A stretch of DNA of 64,000 nucleotides from Candidatus Sericytochromatia bacterium (GTDB lineage: Bacteria; Cyanobacteriota; Sericytochromatia; S15B-MN24; JAQBPE01): contig JBBAPZ010000004.1 of assembly GCA_040400605.1 (NCBI GenBank), positions 1 through 64,000 of the forward strand. Reading direction: 5' to 3'. Under the pieces are notes generated by a model. It was not told the DNA's origin. It searched no databases and saw only the letters and a list, made by a program, of their open reading frames with translations. Below are positions 1 to 9,768 of this stretch, piece by piece (the stretch's first letter is position 1; each line of letters opens with the position of its first letter). A program made the position numbers and the translations under genes.

Positions 1-169
1 TCACGCCTTTCAGCGGGTTCATAAGGTGATGAGCACAACCGGGGCGAAATCTCTGTTATTACGCACTCATTGCGCCATGCTTACCGAGGTTTTTAAATGA
101 TACTTAACGTCAGCTGTTAGCCGTCACAACCGATAACACCTATGGTCGGGTCTTTTTCATTAGGAGCAA

Positions 170-520
170 GTGACGATGGTTTCCGCTAATCCATTGCAAC
201 GATTTTTAGCCCAGTTTGTTACGCCGCGTGACCAACTTCCTCCCCAATTGGCTTTCCGTTGGGCGCCCGATTCAGGTGGTAGCATGCGATTGGTGGGTAC
301 GAATATGGCGGGCGCTTCGCCATCTGGGATACTGGCTCACACGGGGAAAGTGTTTTCACCTGATGAGATAGCCTTTGCAAGCCTCACGCAACAACGAGTT
401 GTGCAGGCGGCAAGTAAGGGTGTTGGCGGTTACGCGGCTGTCCAGTATGTTGGAACTGATGGCATGGTCAGGCAGTTTAACCACTTGTTTGCGATTCCAG
501 AAGGTTACGTCGGAAAGTAG
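170..520 (+). CDS. hypothetical protein
   Basis: 116-aa ORF preceded by AGGAG RBS (~162-166); no recognisable domain. Confidence 0.6.
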   Translation: MTMVSANPLQRFLAQFVTPRDQLPPQLAFRWAPDSGGSMRLVGTNMAGASPSGILAHTGKVFSPDEIAFASLTQQRVVQAASKGVGGYAAVQYVGTDGMVRQFNHLFAIPEGYVGK

Positions 521-1048
521 TGTGATGTACCCGTCGTTACTAACGTACGCGTGGGCCCGTTGGTGACAGTTGAGCCGTTTTGGTCTTCAGCGTCGCTTGG
601 GCATTGTTCTTGCGATCACGCTCGAACGATTCAACTGGCCAAACTGCCTCTAGGCGTTGTCCCATTCGGTTGCGCGGTGCGCTGCGGGCGACGCACCCCC
701 TCGCCTGGTGGGAGTGTCAACTAAACACCTCTTGAGATGTTTCGGTCCTTGCACGCTGGGGGCGCGGGGTGTTTGAGGCGCCTTGGGATTGACGCTGCCT
801 GTGCGCCTCTTCGGGCGGGTCGTTTACGGTCGTGTCGAGGTTATCTGAATGACGGTTTCGTGCCGCTTGGGATCTTGGCGATTGAAGGCGCAGCTGCTTG
901 ATAAAGCAACTTGTTACACGCACTGTCCTGTGAGCGGAGCGCCCTCGCTCACAGGGCAGTTTAGTGAGACAAACAACCGGAAGGCAGTCATTGAATCCGG
1001 TTTTCCCAATGGCAGACAAAGCGTCAACCGGGTTCTTCTGCGGCCCTT

Positions 1049-2032
1049 CTAGTTACGGGCCAAACTGATATCACCGGAGCGCGTCTGCACATTTAACAAG
1101 GCATCCGCAGCCTTGGGATTGTGTTGCAGGATGTGCCCATCCTCAGCTGGTGGGACCTCGCTCAGGGTGTTCACAATGTCACCGGAGCGCGTTTGTACAC
1201 CGAGTGTTGGAATGGCGCGCGTGGGTAAGGCGATCGCCACGTCGCCGCTGGCGGTCTGAATCGTCAGCGCCTTTGGCGTGGTGACGCGCTGTGATACCTG
1301 AACTTCCCCCGATTGGGTGGTCACATCCAACGTGGTGCACCTTTCCTGTTCATTGAGCGACACATCACCCGAACGCGTCTGTATGCGAACATCCCCTTTG
1401 CCATCAACCAGTGCCACGCTGCCTGATTTTGTTTGAACGCTCACAGGTCCGCTCACACGGCGCAAAGCACAGTCACCCGAGGCACATTGAACGGTGGCGC
1501 CTTGATTCCCGCCTTCGATGGTTACATCACCTGAGCGGGTTCGCACGGAAAATGGGATTAAGGCCTGTTCGGGAACAGCGATGACGAAGCGGGTCGCTGT
1601 TTGATCCGCATGAATGCCGTGCGTGGTGAGCGTGAGCGTGCCGTCATCGACGACGGCGCGCCACGCGTCGGTTGTTTTAGCCTTGTCGGGGGAGGGGGAA
1701 ACAGCAAAATCAACAGAAAAACCGGAATCCTTGAAGCGCAACCACCCCGGAATCCCCGTTGCACTGACGGTTTCAACCGTTACTTCAATCTGTGCTGCCC
1801 GGCTCGGAATCAGTTCGACATCCGCAAAGTCTGTGTCCACAGTGATGGATCGCACGCTAGCCGTTTTGAATGTGCGGACCGTCTTTTTTTCTGAGACCCG
1901 CACATTAGCAAGTTCACGTACCGAACCACCAAGCGAGCCGACCGCGTGGGTGGTCTGCGCCAAGGCGATTACCATCAGTGCTGCGGTTCCAACCATGGCG
2001 AGCGCAACGCCACCAATCATCAATTTTCGCAT
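1049..2032 (-). CDS. DUF4097-family beta-strand repeat (adhesin-like) membrane-anchored protein
   Basis: N-terminal TM helix; repeated (V/I)xT(R/K/Q)SG(D/E)(V/I) motifs typical of DUF4097. Confidence 0.85.
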   Translation of the reverse strand: MRKLMIGGVALAMVGTAALMVIALAQTTHAVGSLGGSVRELANVRVSEKKTVRTFKTASVRSITVDTDFADVELIPSRAAQIEVTVETVSATGIPGWLRFKDSGFSVDFAVSPSPDKAKTTDAWRAVVDDGTLTLTTHGIHADQTATRFVIAVPEQALIPFSVRTRSGDVTIEGGNQGATVQCASGDCALRRVSGPVSVQTKSGSVALVDGKGDVRIQTRSGDVSLNEQERCTTLDVTTQSGEVQVSQRVTTPKALTIQTASGDVAIALPTRAIPTLGVQTRSGDIVNTLSEVPPAEDGHILQHNPKAADALLNVQTRSGDISLARN

Positions 2033-2035
2033 GGT

Positions 2036-2416
2036 TTAGTTGACCTCCGAACCCGTTGTCGATGGGGCTATGGCTGCGGGCGAATTGTTTGACGTGCGAT
2101 CGCTTTCGATCAGATACGACAGCAAGCGACTAAGACCAATGAACAATGGAATCAGCCCCGCCAGCACTTGCGGCCCAAAGCCGGTAAACAGCATGCCAAT
2201 GGTGATTGCAAGACCGAGGCCAGTCATCGTCAACGCTCGCTCAAGGCGCGATCGCCCAGACTTGGGTGTGTCGTTGACCGCAGCCTCAGGTACCATCCCG
2301 GCTTGAATCATCGCCATGTCCCGCCGATGTTTCATATAACCTGGCCCTAAAACCAGCGCACCAACCAACGCAAAAAAACCGAGTGGCAAAACAATTTCAG
2401 TTAAATCGACAGGCAT
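2036..2416 (-). CDS. DUF6249-like membrane protein
   Basis: Three TM segments, HRRDMAMIQAG and GLIPLFIGL motifs; 3 bp upstream of the DUF4097 gene; divergent from an ECF sigma factor. Confidence 0.7.
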   Translation of the reverse strand: MPVDLTEIVLPLGFFALVGALVLGPGYMKHRRDMAMIQAGMVPEAAVNDTPKSGRSRLERALTMTGLGLAITIGMLFTGFGPQVLAGLIPLFIGLSRLLSYLIESDRTSNNSPAAIAPSTTGSEVN

Positions 2417-2567
2417 AAACGGTCAATCCTTTCAGGGTAAGCGAGTAACATCACGCCCAACTCGACCTCATCCAACAGTTCTGACACACAATATTATTTT
2501 TTAGGCAGCGGGTTTTGCCTGCTGCTTTGCCGTTGGCTTCCAGACATCAATTGGGCTTTACATTTTC

Positions 2568-2597
2568 TTAGAGTATTGGGTTGCCTGATTTGTTTCA
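2568..2597 (-). promoter_or_regulatory. putative ECF (SigW-like) promoter for the DUF6249-DUF4097 operon
   Basis: Minus strand reads TGAAAC-N17-ACTCTAA; lies next to the ECF sigma gene. Confidence 0.45.
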
Positions 2598-2650
2598 GGG
2601 TGTATCAAAAAAATTCACAAGTTTTTTTTTGACAGGACGATGAAGAAGCG

Positions 2651-3232
2651 ATGGTGACGCTTGGAAACACGGCAAGTGATGCTGAATTGATTCGCCGAAC
2701 GCAAGCCGGGGACAAACGCGCTTTCTCGGAATTGGTTAAACGTCATCAGGATGCGGTTTACAATGTGGCTTACCGTTTGGTTGGTGATCCCGAAATGGCG
2801 CGGGATCTGACGCAAGAAGCGTTCATCAGTATGTACCGGGGGATTGCCAGCTATCGTCACGAAGCCAGGTTTACGACTTGGGCCTACGTCATCGTGCGCA
2901 ACCTATGCTCAACCAGAATAAAAAAAAATGCGCGTGAGATGGCGTACCTGACACCCGAAGGTGAGTCAGATGGCAAACTTGAGCATGTGGCAGCGATGGA
3001 TGCTGACCCGGTCGATGGTGCCTTGCGGCACGAATTACAGTCCGGGATGATGGCTGCTTTAATGACTTTGTCGATGTCTCACCGTTTGGTTTTGACACTG
3101 TACTATTTCGAGGCGATGGGTTATGAGGAGATCGCCACGGTTGTGGGGTTTCCTGTTGGAACCGTCAAGACGCACCTGCATCGCGCGAAAGCAGCCATGC
3201 GGCGTGCGATGCAGGCAAAGGAGCTGGTATGA
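2651..3232 (+). CDS. ECF RNA polymerase sigma-70 factor (SigW/RpoE-like)
   Basis: Region 2 (AFSELVKRHQ, DLTQEAF, FTTWAYVIVRN) and region 4 (YEEIA...GTVKTHLHRAK). Confidence 0.95.
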   Translation: MVTLGNTASDAELIRRTQAGDKRAFSELVKRHQDAVYNVAYRLVGDPEMARDLTQEAFISMYRGIASYRHEARFTTWAYVIVRNLCSTRIKKNAREMAYLTPEGESDGKLEHVAAMDADPVDGALRHELQSGMMAALMTLSMSHRLVLTLYYFEAMGYEEIATVVGFPVGTVKTHLHRAKAAMRRAMQAKELV

Positions 3233-3609
3233 GGGAGCCTGACGACGAACTGGCGCGGTTGTTCGCATCACTGCCGACAGTCTCGGCGCCTGCATCCTTA
3301 CACGATGACGTGATGACCGTGATTGACCGGTTGCCTGCACCGACTTTGGCGCCGGGGTGGTCGATTGATTGGGTCGAAGTTTTCACCTTCGCCTCAAGCG
3401 CGGCTGTCTTGGCCTGGCAATTGCATCAAACCGCGTCCTGGCTCACTGCAGCGACGGCTCTGCGGACCTGGACCAGTCTGTTTTTTATGCCAACTGCGTG
3501 GCCGACACCTGTTTCAGGATTGATGTGGTTCCTGCTGGCGGGCGGAGTAGCGCTTGTTGTGGCGGAAGGCGGCAGCGCGTTCGGTGCTGTTAATGATAAG
3601 TTGACGTGA
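3229..3609 (+). CDS. putative membrane anti-sigma factor
   Basis: ATGA overlap with the sigma gene; N-terminal APASLHDDVM motif followed by TM helices. Confidence 0.7.
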   Translation: MREPDDELARLFASLPTVSAPASLHDDVMTVIDRLPAPTLAPGWSIDWVEVFTFASSAAVLAWQLHQTASWLTAATALRTWTSLFFMPTAWPTPVSGLMWFLLAGGVALVVAEGGSAFGAVNDKLT

Positions 3610-3694
3610 TGACGACGCTATTTTACGGGCTGGTTTGACGATCCAAACGTGGGTCCTGATTGGTTTGACGATTGCGTTTACAAACCCTTGAAAG

Positions 3695-4330
3695 GTGAAA
3701 ACTGTCGTGAACACGACCAGTGTTGATGCCTACTTGCAGGATGGTTGCGGCCGCTGTGAGCACTACCAAAGTCCCTTATGCAAGGTTCATCGTTGGGTTG
3801 ATGAACTTCAGGTGCTTCGGGCCACCTTGCTTGTAGCTGGGTTAGATGAAGGGCTAAAGTGGGGTGCTCCTTGCTTCACCATTCAAGGTAGAAACGTCGC
3901 GATGCTGGCTGCTTTCAGGCATCATTGTGCGTTGTCTTTTTTTGAGGGAGCAGCGCTGGTCGACGATCATGAAATCATGGTGCCGCCGGGGCCTAACTCA
4001 CGCTATGCGCGTGTGGTGCGATTTTCTTCGGTTGATGAGATTGCTCAAAAATTGCCGCACGTACGAGTGTTGATTGTGCAAGCGATCGAACACGCGTGTT
4101 CAGGCGACCGATTTGTTCCTGATCCCGTGGTTGACGCATGGCCCCCAGAACTTGATAAGCGCTTCGCCACTGACGAGGCGTTGAGCCGTGCGTTTTATGC
4201 GCTGACACCTGGCCGACAGCGCAGCCACATTTTGCATATTGCCGGTGCCAAGCAAGCGTCAACGCGAGAGCGTCGTGTGACACGTTGCGTGCCCGACATT
4301 CTTGCCGGCAAGGGATTCAATGAACGCTGA
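3695..4330 (+). CDS. YdeI/OmpD-associated family protein (DUF1801 + OmdA)
   Basis: DGCGRC, KWGAPCF, LTPGRQR and AKQASTRERR motifs. Confidence 0.9.
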   Translation: MKTVVNTTSVDAYLQDGCGRCEHYQSPLCKVHRWVDELQVLRATLLVAGLDEGLKWGAPCFTIQGRNVAMLAAFRHHCALSFFEGAALVDDHEIMVPPGPNSRYARVVRFSSVDEIAQKLPHVRVLIVQAIEHACSGDRFVPDPVVDAWPPELDKRFATDEALSRAFYALTPGRQRSHILHIAGAKQASTRERRVTRCVPDILAGKGFNER

Positions 4331-4369
4331 GTCAACGTGGCGCGCGATTACCCGGAAGCCGACAGCACC

Positions 4370-4389
4370 AAGGGGCGATCCGCCCTTTT
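4370..4389 (+). terminator. probable intrinsic terminator
   Basis: AAGGGGCG-ATC-CGCCCTTTT hairpin downstream of the ydeI-like gene. Confidence 0.55.
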
Positions 4390-4710
4390 CGATACAGCTG
4401 TTTCATTTCAATGGCCTCAGATGCGTAGGCCTTGACCGTTGAACGCTATAAGGATGTGAGGCGCATAATGCCTGCTTGGTTACAGACACGACCCAACCGG
4501 CACTCGACGATGCAGCTTACAAAATCCAAAAAACCAGGCGATAGCGATACCCGTAAAATAACCGACTCACAATACGAGCCGTTTGGGTTTGCATGCGAAG
4601 CATTCTGAAACCAGCATACGAACGAGGTTGCAAGCACTACTCGACTTGATGAAGCATTGAAGAAGCGGTAAGGACTTTCAATCGTCTTCTCAAACCCACA
4701 CACTAAACCA

Positions 4711-4826
4711 CGATACGGAAGCGCGTTGATGATTGATCAAAAATTGGCTGCTATTCAAAAACAGCAAGTCAGTGCCTGACGTTTTGTTTGCCACGGAAAT
4801 TTTTTCAAAAAACGATGCGTCACTGT
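4711..4826 (+). repeat. dispersed intergenic repeat family, copy 1
   Basis: CGATACGGAAGCGCGTTGATGATTGATCAAAAATTGGCTGCTATTCAA...AAAACGATGCGTCACTGT aligns with the other copies. Confidence 0.75.
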
Positions 4827-4863
4827 AGAATGAAGCCAAGACAATGGCCAAGCAACGGGGGCG

Positions 4864-5679
4864 TCAAAGGTTATTACTGACGGTCGGAAGCGTTCCCGCG
4901 GGCACGGTTTCGTCGTTCTTTGAACGTGTACCAATCGGCGTGACCAACCACTTATCAATCTCATCGTGCACGCGCTGGTTCACCAGCATGGCGGGGTGAA
5001 CAGGGGCTGCTACAGCGATGTTTTTCGCCCAGGGCACGACGCTGGAGTTCGCTGGCACGATCATTGCATCGAAGGGGGTCCACAGCGATAAACAGGGGAT
5101 GGTTTCAAGCAGTGAGGCATAGGAATTCAGGTTCTTCAGAAACGCGCTTCCCGTTCGCATTTCGCGGGGCCCAGGACCGTTGCGGGCATAACCGATCAGG
5201 GTTCCATGATGAGGCGCCGATATACTCACGAAGTGACTTGTCTGCAGAACGCCGCCTAATTCTTGTAAATAATAGCGGCTGACGATTGCGCCCATGCTGA
5301 ATGCCACCAGATTGATTCTGGGAGATTCCGTCTCGCGGCGGATACGATCCACCGCCTCCTTGAGCTGGCGACCCAAAACGGCCAGGCTCGCCGTTCCGTC
5401 ACTCGGAATGAGATCGATTCGATACCGTCGCGTATATCCCCGTCGGGCCAGCGCCTGATCGACGGGAATCATTTTGTCACCGGTATCGAAAATACCAGCT
5501 ACCATCACGACCGGCACCTCGCGCGGCGCCTCAGCGTAAGCTTGACTGCGCAATTTAGGTTTACCCGCGGCCCAGGCCACCTGTTCGGAACGCCCGTCAG
5601 CACCCCCACCGATTTGACCACAGGCAGCCAGCAATGTGATCCCAATGGCACTCCATTCCAACATCCACCGTTTCACCAT
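4864..5679 (-). CDS. alpha/beta-hydrolase lipoprotein (lipase/esterase)
   Basis: Lipobox LLAAC; nucleophile elbow AFSMG; APHHGT; D and H triad candidates (PFDAMI, VHPAM). Confidence 0.9.
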   Translation of the reverse strand: MVKRWMLEWSAIGITLLAACGQIGGGADGRSEQVAWAAGKPKLRSQAYAEAPREVPVVMVAGIFDTGDKMIPVDQALARRGYTRRYRIDLIPSDGTASLAVLGRQLKEAVDRIRRETESPRINLVAFSMGAIVSRYYLQELGGVLQTSHFVSISAPHHGTLIGYARNGPGPREMRTGSAFLKNLNSYASLLETIPCLSLWTPFDAMIVPANSSVVPWAKNIAVAAPVHPAMLVNQRVHDEIDKWLVTPIGTRSKNDETVPAGTLPTVSNNL

Positions 5680-6135
5680 AGCGTGTCCTTCAATGACTCC
5701 CTAATAAGCCGGTTCCACAACGGCAGGCACGCGATCATCGTACACCAAGGCCCAGACCCATACCTTGCGCAGGATCACCAATCAGGACTCGTCACGTCAC
5801 GCTTTTGAAGGTCCTGTCAAAAACCTGTCAGTCGTGGTAACCAGAACGACGATAGTTCCGCGTTACAAGCCCCTGTGCTTTCCGCCCCAGGCTGAGGTGT
5901 TCACCGTAAGCAGACAGAACCAAGCGCCACGCAAGGTATTCCCAATAGCAGTCAGCAAAGGCTTTACGCGGAATACCGGGTGTTTTGACTCGCACGTGGT
6001 ACCCGTTGGTCTGCCGTTACTGTTAATGTAGTTTACAAGGTTAATAGAAAATTAACCAGATTTTTAACAAGATCAGCGTGAAGCCGTCTACAACATTAAA
6101 AAGCTGTTCACAAGAATTGCAGGAGATTATTGATT

Positions 6136-6984
6136 ATGACAAACAAGCGGCTGATCGGTGTGGCCTTGGTGAGTATGTTGGTTTTGAGCGCTTGTGCGGC
6201 GGCGCCCGGAAGCCTGACGGGTGCCGTGGGCAAAGTGGCTGCGCGGCAGGCGGTGGGGGGTGCTGCGTTCGCGCCGACCGTGAGCGTGGTGACTCAAGCG
6301 ACTAACCCGGTTGCCACCCAGGCACTCGTCCCGACGTCGACCTTGGTTTGGTTGGGCTCACAAGCGTTGAGCCACGATGAGATCGCCGAGGATTCGGCCC
6401 GTAGCAATTTCAACCTGAAGACTTTTGCTTTGCTGTCCAATGTGGAACAACCGAAAAGTTTTTCGCGGTCGGGGACTGTGCGCAAAACGGCGACCGGCTT
6501 TGCTTTGGAAGCGTCGAAGGGCCTGTTTAAGTCTCGCGCTGACGTTTTTGTCTTGACTGGCGCCGAGACTGTGATGGCAGATGTTGAGTTGCTGTTAGAC
6601 AAGAAAGCGGTCGTCAAGGGTACGGTGCTGAATCGCACGGTAACAGTTGATACAGCGCGTGGCATTGCCAGTTTGGGATTCTTGTTCAACTGGTTTACCA
6701 AGGGGCGGATTCAAGGGCGTGTGCTTGGCGCGAGCACCCTGGAGCCGATTCCTGCGGTAACGGTATCAGTGAAGAGCGATGCTGGTTTCACTTTCAGCGA
6801 AGTGAGTGATGATGAGGGTGAGTTCACGGTGCCCGGCTTGACCCCGGGCAAGTATACGGTGCGTATGAGCGCAACCGGCTACAAAACGTCGAATGCGTTG
6901 ACCGTGGATGTCGATGCGCGTGAAAAAGTGACGATTGAAGGTCGCCTCACGGCTGCTGACGCAACCCCCCAAACCAATCAGTGA
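6136..6984 (+). CDS. lipoprotein with C-terminal carboxypeptidase regulatory-like domain
   Basis: Lipobox VLSAC; GRIQGRV...SDDEGEFTVPGLTPGKYTVRMSATGY; AGGAG RBS at 6121. Confidence 0.85.
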   Translation: MTNKRLIGVALVSMLVLSACAAAPGSLTGAVGKVAARQAVGGAAFAPTVSVVTQATNPVATQALVPTSTLVWLGSQALSHDEIAEDSARSNFNLKTFALLSNVEQPKSFSRSGTVRKTATGFALEASKGLFKSRADVFVLTGAETVMADVELLLDKKAVVKGTVLNRTVTVDTARGIASLGFLFNWFTKGRIQGRVLGASTLEPIPAVTVSVKSDAGFTFSEVSDDEGEFTVPGLTPGKYTVRMSATGYKTSNALTVDVDAREKVTIEGRLTAADATPQTNQ

Positions 6985-6992
6985 CTCCATAC

Positions 6993-7028
6993 AGCGGCGC
7001 ATCCCTTGGGTGTGCCGCTTTGATTTTT
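6993..7028 (+). terminator. intrinsic terminator
   Basis: AGCGGCGCATCC/GGGTGTGCCGCT stem followed by a T-rich tail. Confidence 0.75.
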
Positions 7029-7332
7029 GTGAGTGCTGTTGTTTGGTCGGCATCCAAACAGTGACGAATGGCTGACTGTCCAGAGCTTTTGCAGTCAATG
7101 TAAAACCAGCGATGAACGCCTGTTCGGCACTTCATAAAATTAGAAAGTGAATGAAGCCTCCGTGGGACGCCTGTTTCAGGGTACCTGGCGTGCAAACTGC
7201 TTCAGATTTTTTTGCGGATTGAATCTTTTTATTGTTCAAGCGATAACTTGGTTTCCAGGATTTTTTGCTGCGAACTGTCGAATACCCGATGAACATAGTC
7301 CTGTGTACAATGCCAGCTAAATATCCGATTAC

Positions 7333-7452
7333 ACAGTAGCGCATCGGTTTCTGTTCAGAACTTGTTTCGCAATCACACGGAAATCAGATTCTCACGTGAC
7401 GCCATTCAACAACAGCCAAAACGTGATCACCAATCAAAGCGTTTTCGTATCA
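7333..7452 (-). repeat. dispersed intergenic repeat family, copy 2
   Basis: Reverse complement GATACGAAAACGCTTTGATTGGTGATCACGTTTTGGCTGTTGTTGAAT...AAGTTCTGAACAGAAACCGATGCGCTACTGT. Confidence 0.8.
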
Positions 7453-7485
7453 CAAGTCTCGCTGTACTGCGTGGCTTGTCAAGCT

Positions 7486-7881
7486 TTATTCGCGTGTAAA
7501 CAGGAAACGTGAGAAAAACGCGCGGTGACGTGCAAACAGTCGATAGGTCCATTGGACGATTGTAAAGACGCCTGGCAGTTGTCCGAGACGAGCGACGGTA
7601 GGATAGCCGCAGGCCTCCAGAATGTATAAAACAGCAGCGCCTTCTTTCAGGACTTCGCCCGTGGCTTTGATGACGTGAACGGAGTGGGCACAGGCTGCGT
7701 AGAGAGCGGGGGTCAAAGGTGGCATTGGTGCTTGTTGGTAAGCCATGAACTGAAAGCGTTCTCCGTGGTCGCGTGCTTGAAACCAGGCAATGCTACGGCG
7801 ACAAAAACCACACTCACCGTCCCATAGCACCCAATCACGCGGTGCAACGGTGACGTCGCTGTTTGTCTCGATGGTTTTCAT
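7486..7881 (-). CDS. DCC1-like thiol-disulfide oxidoreductase (DUF393)
   Basis: N-terminal WDGECGFC (DxxCxxC) motif; C-terminal YRLFARHR. Confidence 0.9.
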   Translation of the reverse strand: MKTIETNSDVTVAPRDWVLWDGECGFCRRSIAWFQARDHGERFQFMAYQQAPMPPLTPALYAACAHSVHVIKATGEVLKEGAAVLYILEACGYPTVARLGQLPGVFTIVQWTYRLFARHRAFFSRFLFTRE

Positions 7882-7972
7882 TGCTTGATCTTCCCTTCAT
7901 ATGACCTTAGAATTTTGGCTGGCGGTCAGCAAGAGAGCAAGGCCCCTGGTTCACCCGAAGGAGCGTGGATAG

Positions 7973-9520
7973 ATGTCGGTTCAACCCCTTGAGCAAAAGT
8001 TGGAGACGCTGAATGAGCGTTTGGCGCGGATTCAGTCTGGCGGGGCTGCCAAATATCATGAGGCTGCCCGTGCACAAAACAAACTGTTTGCTCGAGAACG
8101 TATCCGTTTGCTTTTGGATGAAGGGTCTTTCAAAGAGGACGGCGTGTTTGCCAACTGTCTGGCTGCAGATTTGCCGGCCGATGGTGTGATCACGGGCGTG
8201 GGACGCCTGGATGGCCGAACGGTTTGTGTGATGGCCAATGATTCCACGGTAAAGGCGGGGTCTTGGGGGGCGCGGACGGTTGAGAAGATTATCCGGATTC
8301 AGGAGACGGCGGCCAAGTTGTGTGTGCCGTTGTTTTATTTGGTGGATTCGGCTGGTGCGCGCATCACGGATCAAGTTGAAATGTTTCCGGGGCGTCGGGG
8401 AGCGGGGCGAATTTTTTACAACCAGGTGCGTTTGTCCGGGGTGATTCCTCAGATCTGCGTGCTGTTTGGGCCGTCGGCCGCAGGTGGGGCGTATATCCCG
8501 GCGTTTTGCGATGTGGTCATTATGGTTGAGAAGAACGCCAGTATGTATCTGGGGTCGCCGCGGATGGCGGAGATGGTGATTGGTGAGAAGGTCACGCTGG
8601 AAGAGATGGGTGGCGCGCGGATGCATTGTTCGACCAGTGGGGTCGGGGATGTGCTGGTGAAGACGGAGGAAGAGGCGATCGCCGTTGCCAGGCAGTATAT
8701 TGGGTATTTTCCGGTGAACTGTACGGAGGATCCACCTGAGGCGGTGGGGCGTGCGGTCGCACCCGGTGGCAAGTCCATCGAAGACCTGATTCCGGTCAAC
8801 CAGAACCAACCCTTCGACATGATGGGTGTTATCAATCAGTTGGTGGATGAGGGCAGTTTTTTTGCGATGAAAAAACTGTTTGCCCAAGAGCTTATCACGG
8901 GTTTCGGGCGTTTGGATGGGCGCGTGGTGGGCATCGTTGCCAATCAGCCCAAGGTCAAAGGCGGGGTGCTTTTCGTTGATTCGGCGGATAAAGCGGCGCG
9001 CTTCATCTGGTTGTGTGATGCTTTCAACATTCCTTTGCTCTTTTTGGCGGACGTGCCGGGTTTCATGATTGGGTCGAAAGTTGAAAAAGAAGGCATCATC
9101 CGGCACGGGGCCAAGATGATTTCGGCGATGTCGGATTGCACAGTTCCCAAAATTTCCGTGGTGGTTCGCAAAGCCTACGGTGCTGGGCTTTATGCGATGA
9201 GTGGTCCGGCTTTTGAGCCTGAGTGCACGTTGGCGTTGCCGACAGCTTCGATCGCGGTCATGGGCCCCGAAGCGGCGATCAACGCCGTCTATGCCAACAA
9301 GATTGCCGAATTGGAGGGCGAAGCCAAGCAAGCCTTCATTGAGCAAAAACGGGCGGAGTATCAACAAGACATCGATTTGTATCGTCTCGCCTCTGAGTTG
9401 GTGATCGATGGCATCGTCAACGGGAATGACCTGCGCGACGAGTTGATTGCGCGTTTTGCGTTGGCGGAGTCAAAAGTCATGGACTTGCCGCAACGCAAGC
9501 ACGGCGTTTATCCAATTTAG
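7973..9520 (+). CDS. acyl-CoA carboxylase carboxyltransferase (beta) subunit, YngE/PccB-like
   Basis: DSAGARI, GPSAAGGAY, DVPGFMIG and RKAYGAG motifs; AAGGAG RBS. Confidence 0.95.
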   Translation: MSVQPLEQKLETLNERLARIQSGGAAKYHEAARAQNKLFARERIRLLLDEGSFKEDGVFANCLAADLPADGVITGVGRLDGRTVCVMANDSTVKAGSWGARTVEKIIRIQETAAKLCVPLFYLVDSAGARITDQVEMFPGRRGAGRIFYNQVRLSGVIPQICVLFGPSAAGGAYIPAFCDVVIMVEKNASMYLGSPRMAEMVIGEKVTLEEMGGARMHCSTSGVGDVLVKTEEEAIAVARQYIGYFPVNCTEDPPEAVGRAVAPGGKSIEDLIPVNQNQPFDMMGVINQLVDEGSFFAMKKLFAQELITGFGRLDGRVVGIVANQPKVKGGVLFVDSADKAARFIWLCDAFNIPLLFLADVPGFMIGSKVEKEGIIRHGAKMISAMSDCTVPKISVVVRKAYGAGLYAMSGPAFEPECTLALPTASIAVMGPEAAINAVYANKIAELEGEAKQAFIEQKRAEYQQDIDLYRLASELVIDGIVNGNDLRDELIARFALAESKVMDLPQRKHGVYPI

Positions 9521-9560
9521 ACCAACGGTTGTATTGCGTTGCAAGCGGAGAACAGGACTG

Positions 9561-9667
9561 TAGAGAAACGCCGTGATCGATGATCAGCGTTTCAGCTGGC
9601 AGCGAATACCGACAGTTGGTTCTGCATTGGTCGCGCCAGTTTTGATAAGCAGCCCGTGCGTCACTGT
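9561..9667 (+). repeat. dispersed intergenic repeat family, copy 3 (degenerate)
   Basis: AGAAACGCCGTGATCGATGATCAGCGTTTCAGCTG...CAGTTTTGATAAGCAGCCCGTGCGTCACTGT. Confidence 0.5.
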
Positions 9668-9768
9668 CTGTCGCGGAATGATCGAATAGTTCGTTTAAAG
9701 GCCCTCGCGGTCTTATCAATGAGCAGCCCACGCTAATGATTGGTCTGAAGAGCGGTGCGGGAAGCCCT

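Noticed and set aside
7907..9367. 486-aa minus-strand ORF
   Set aside because: Antisense shadow of the well-supported carboxyltransferase; no motifs; typical of high-GC DNA.
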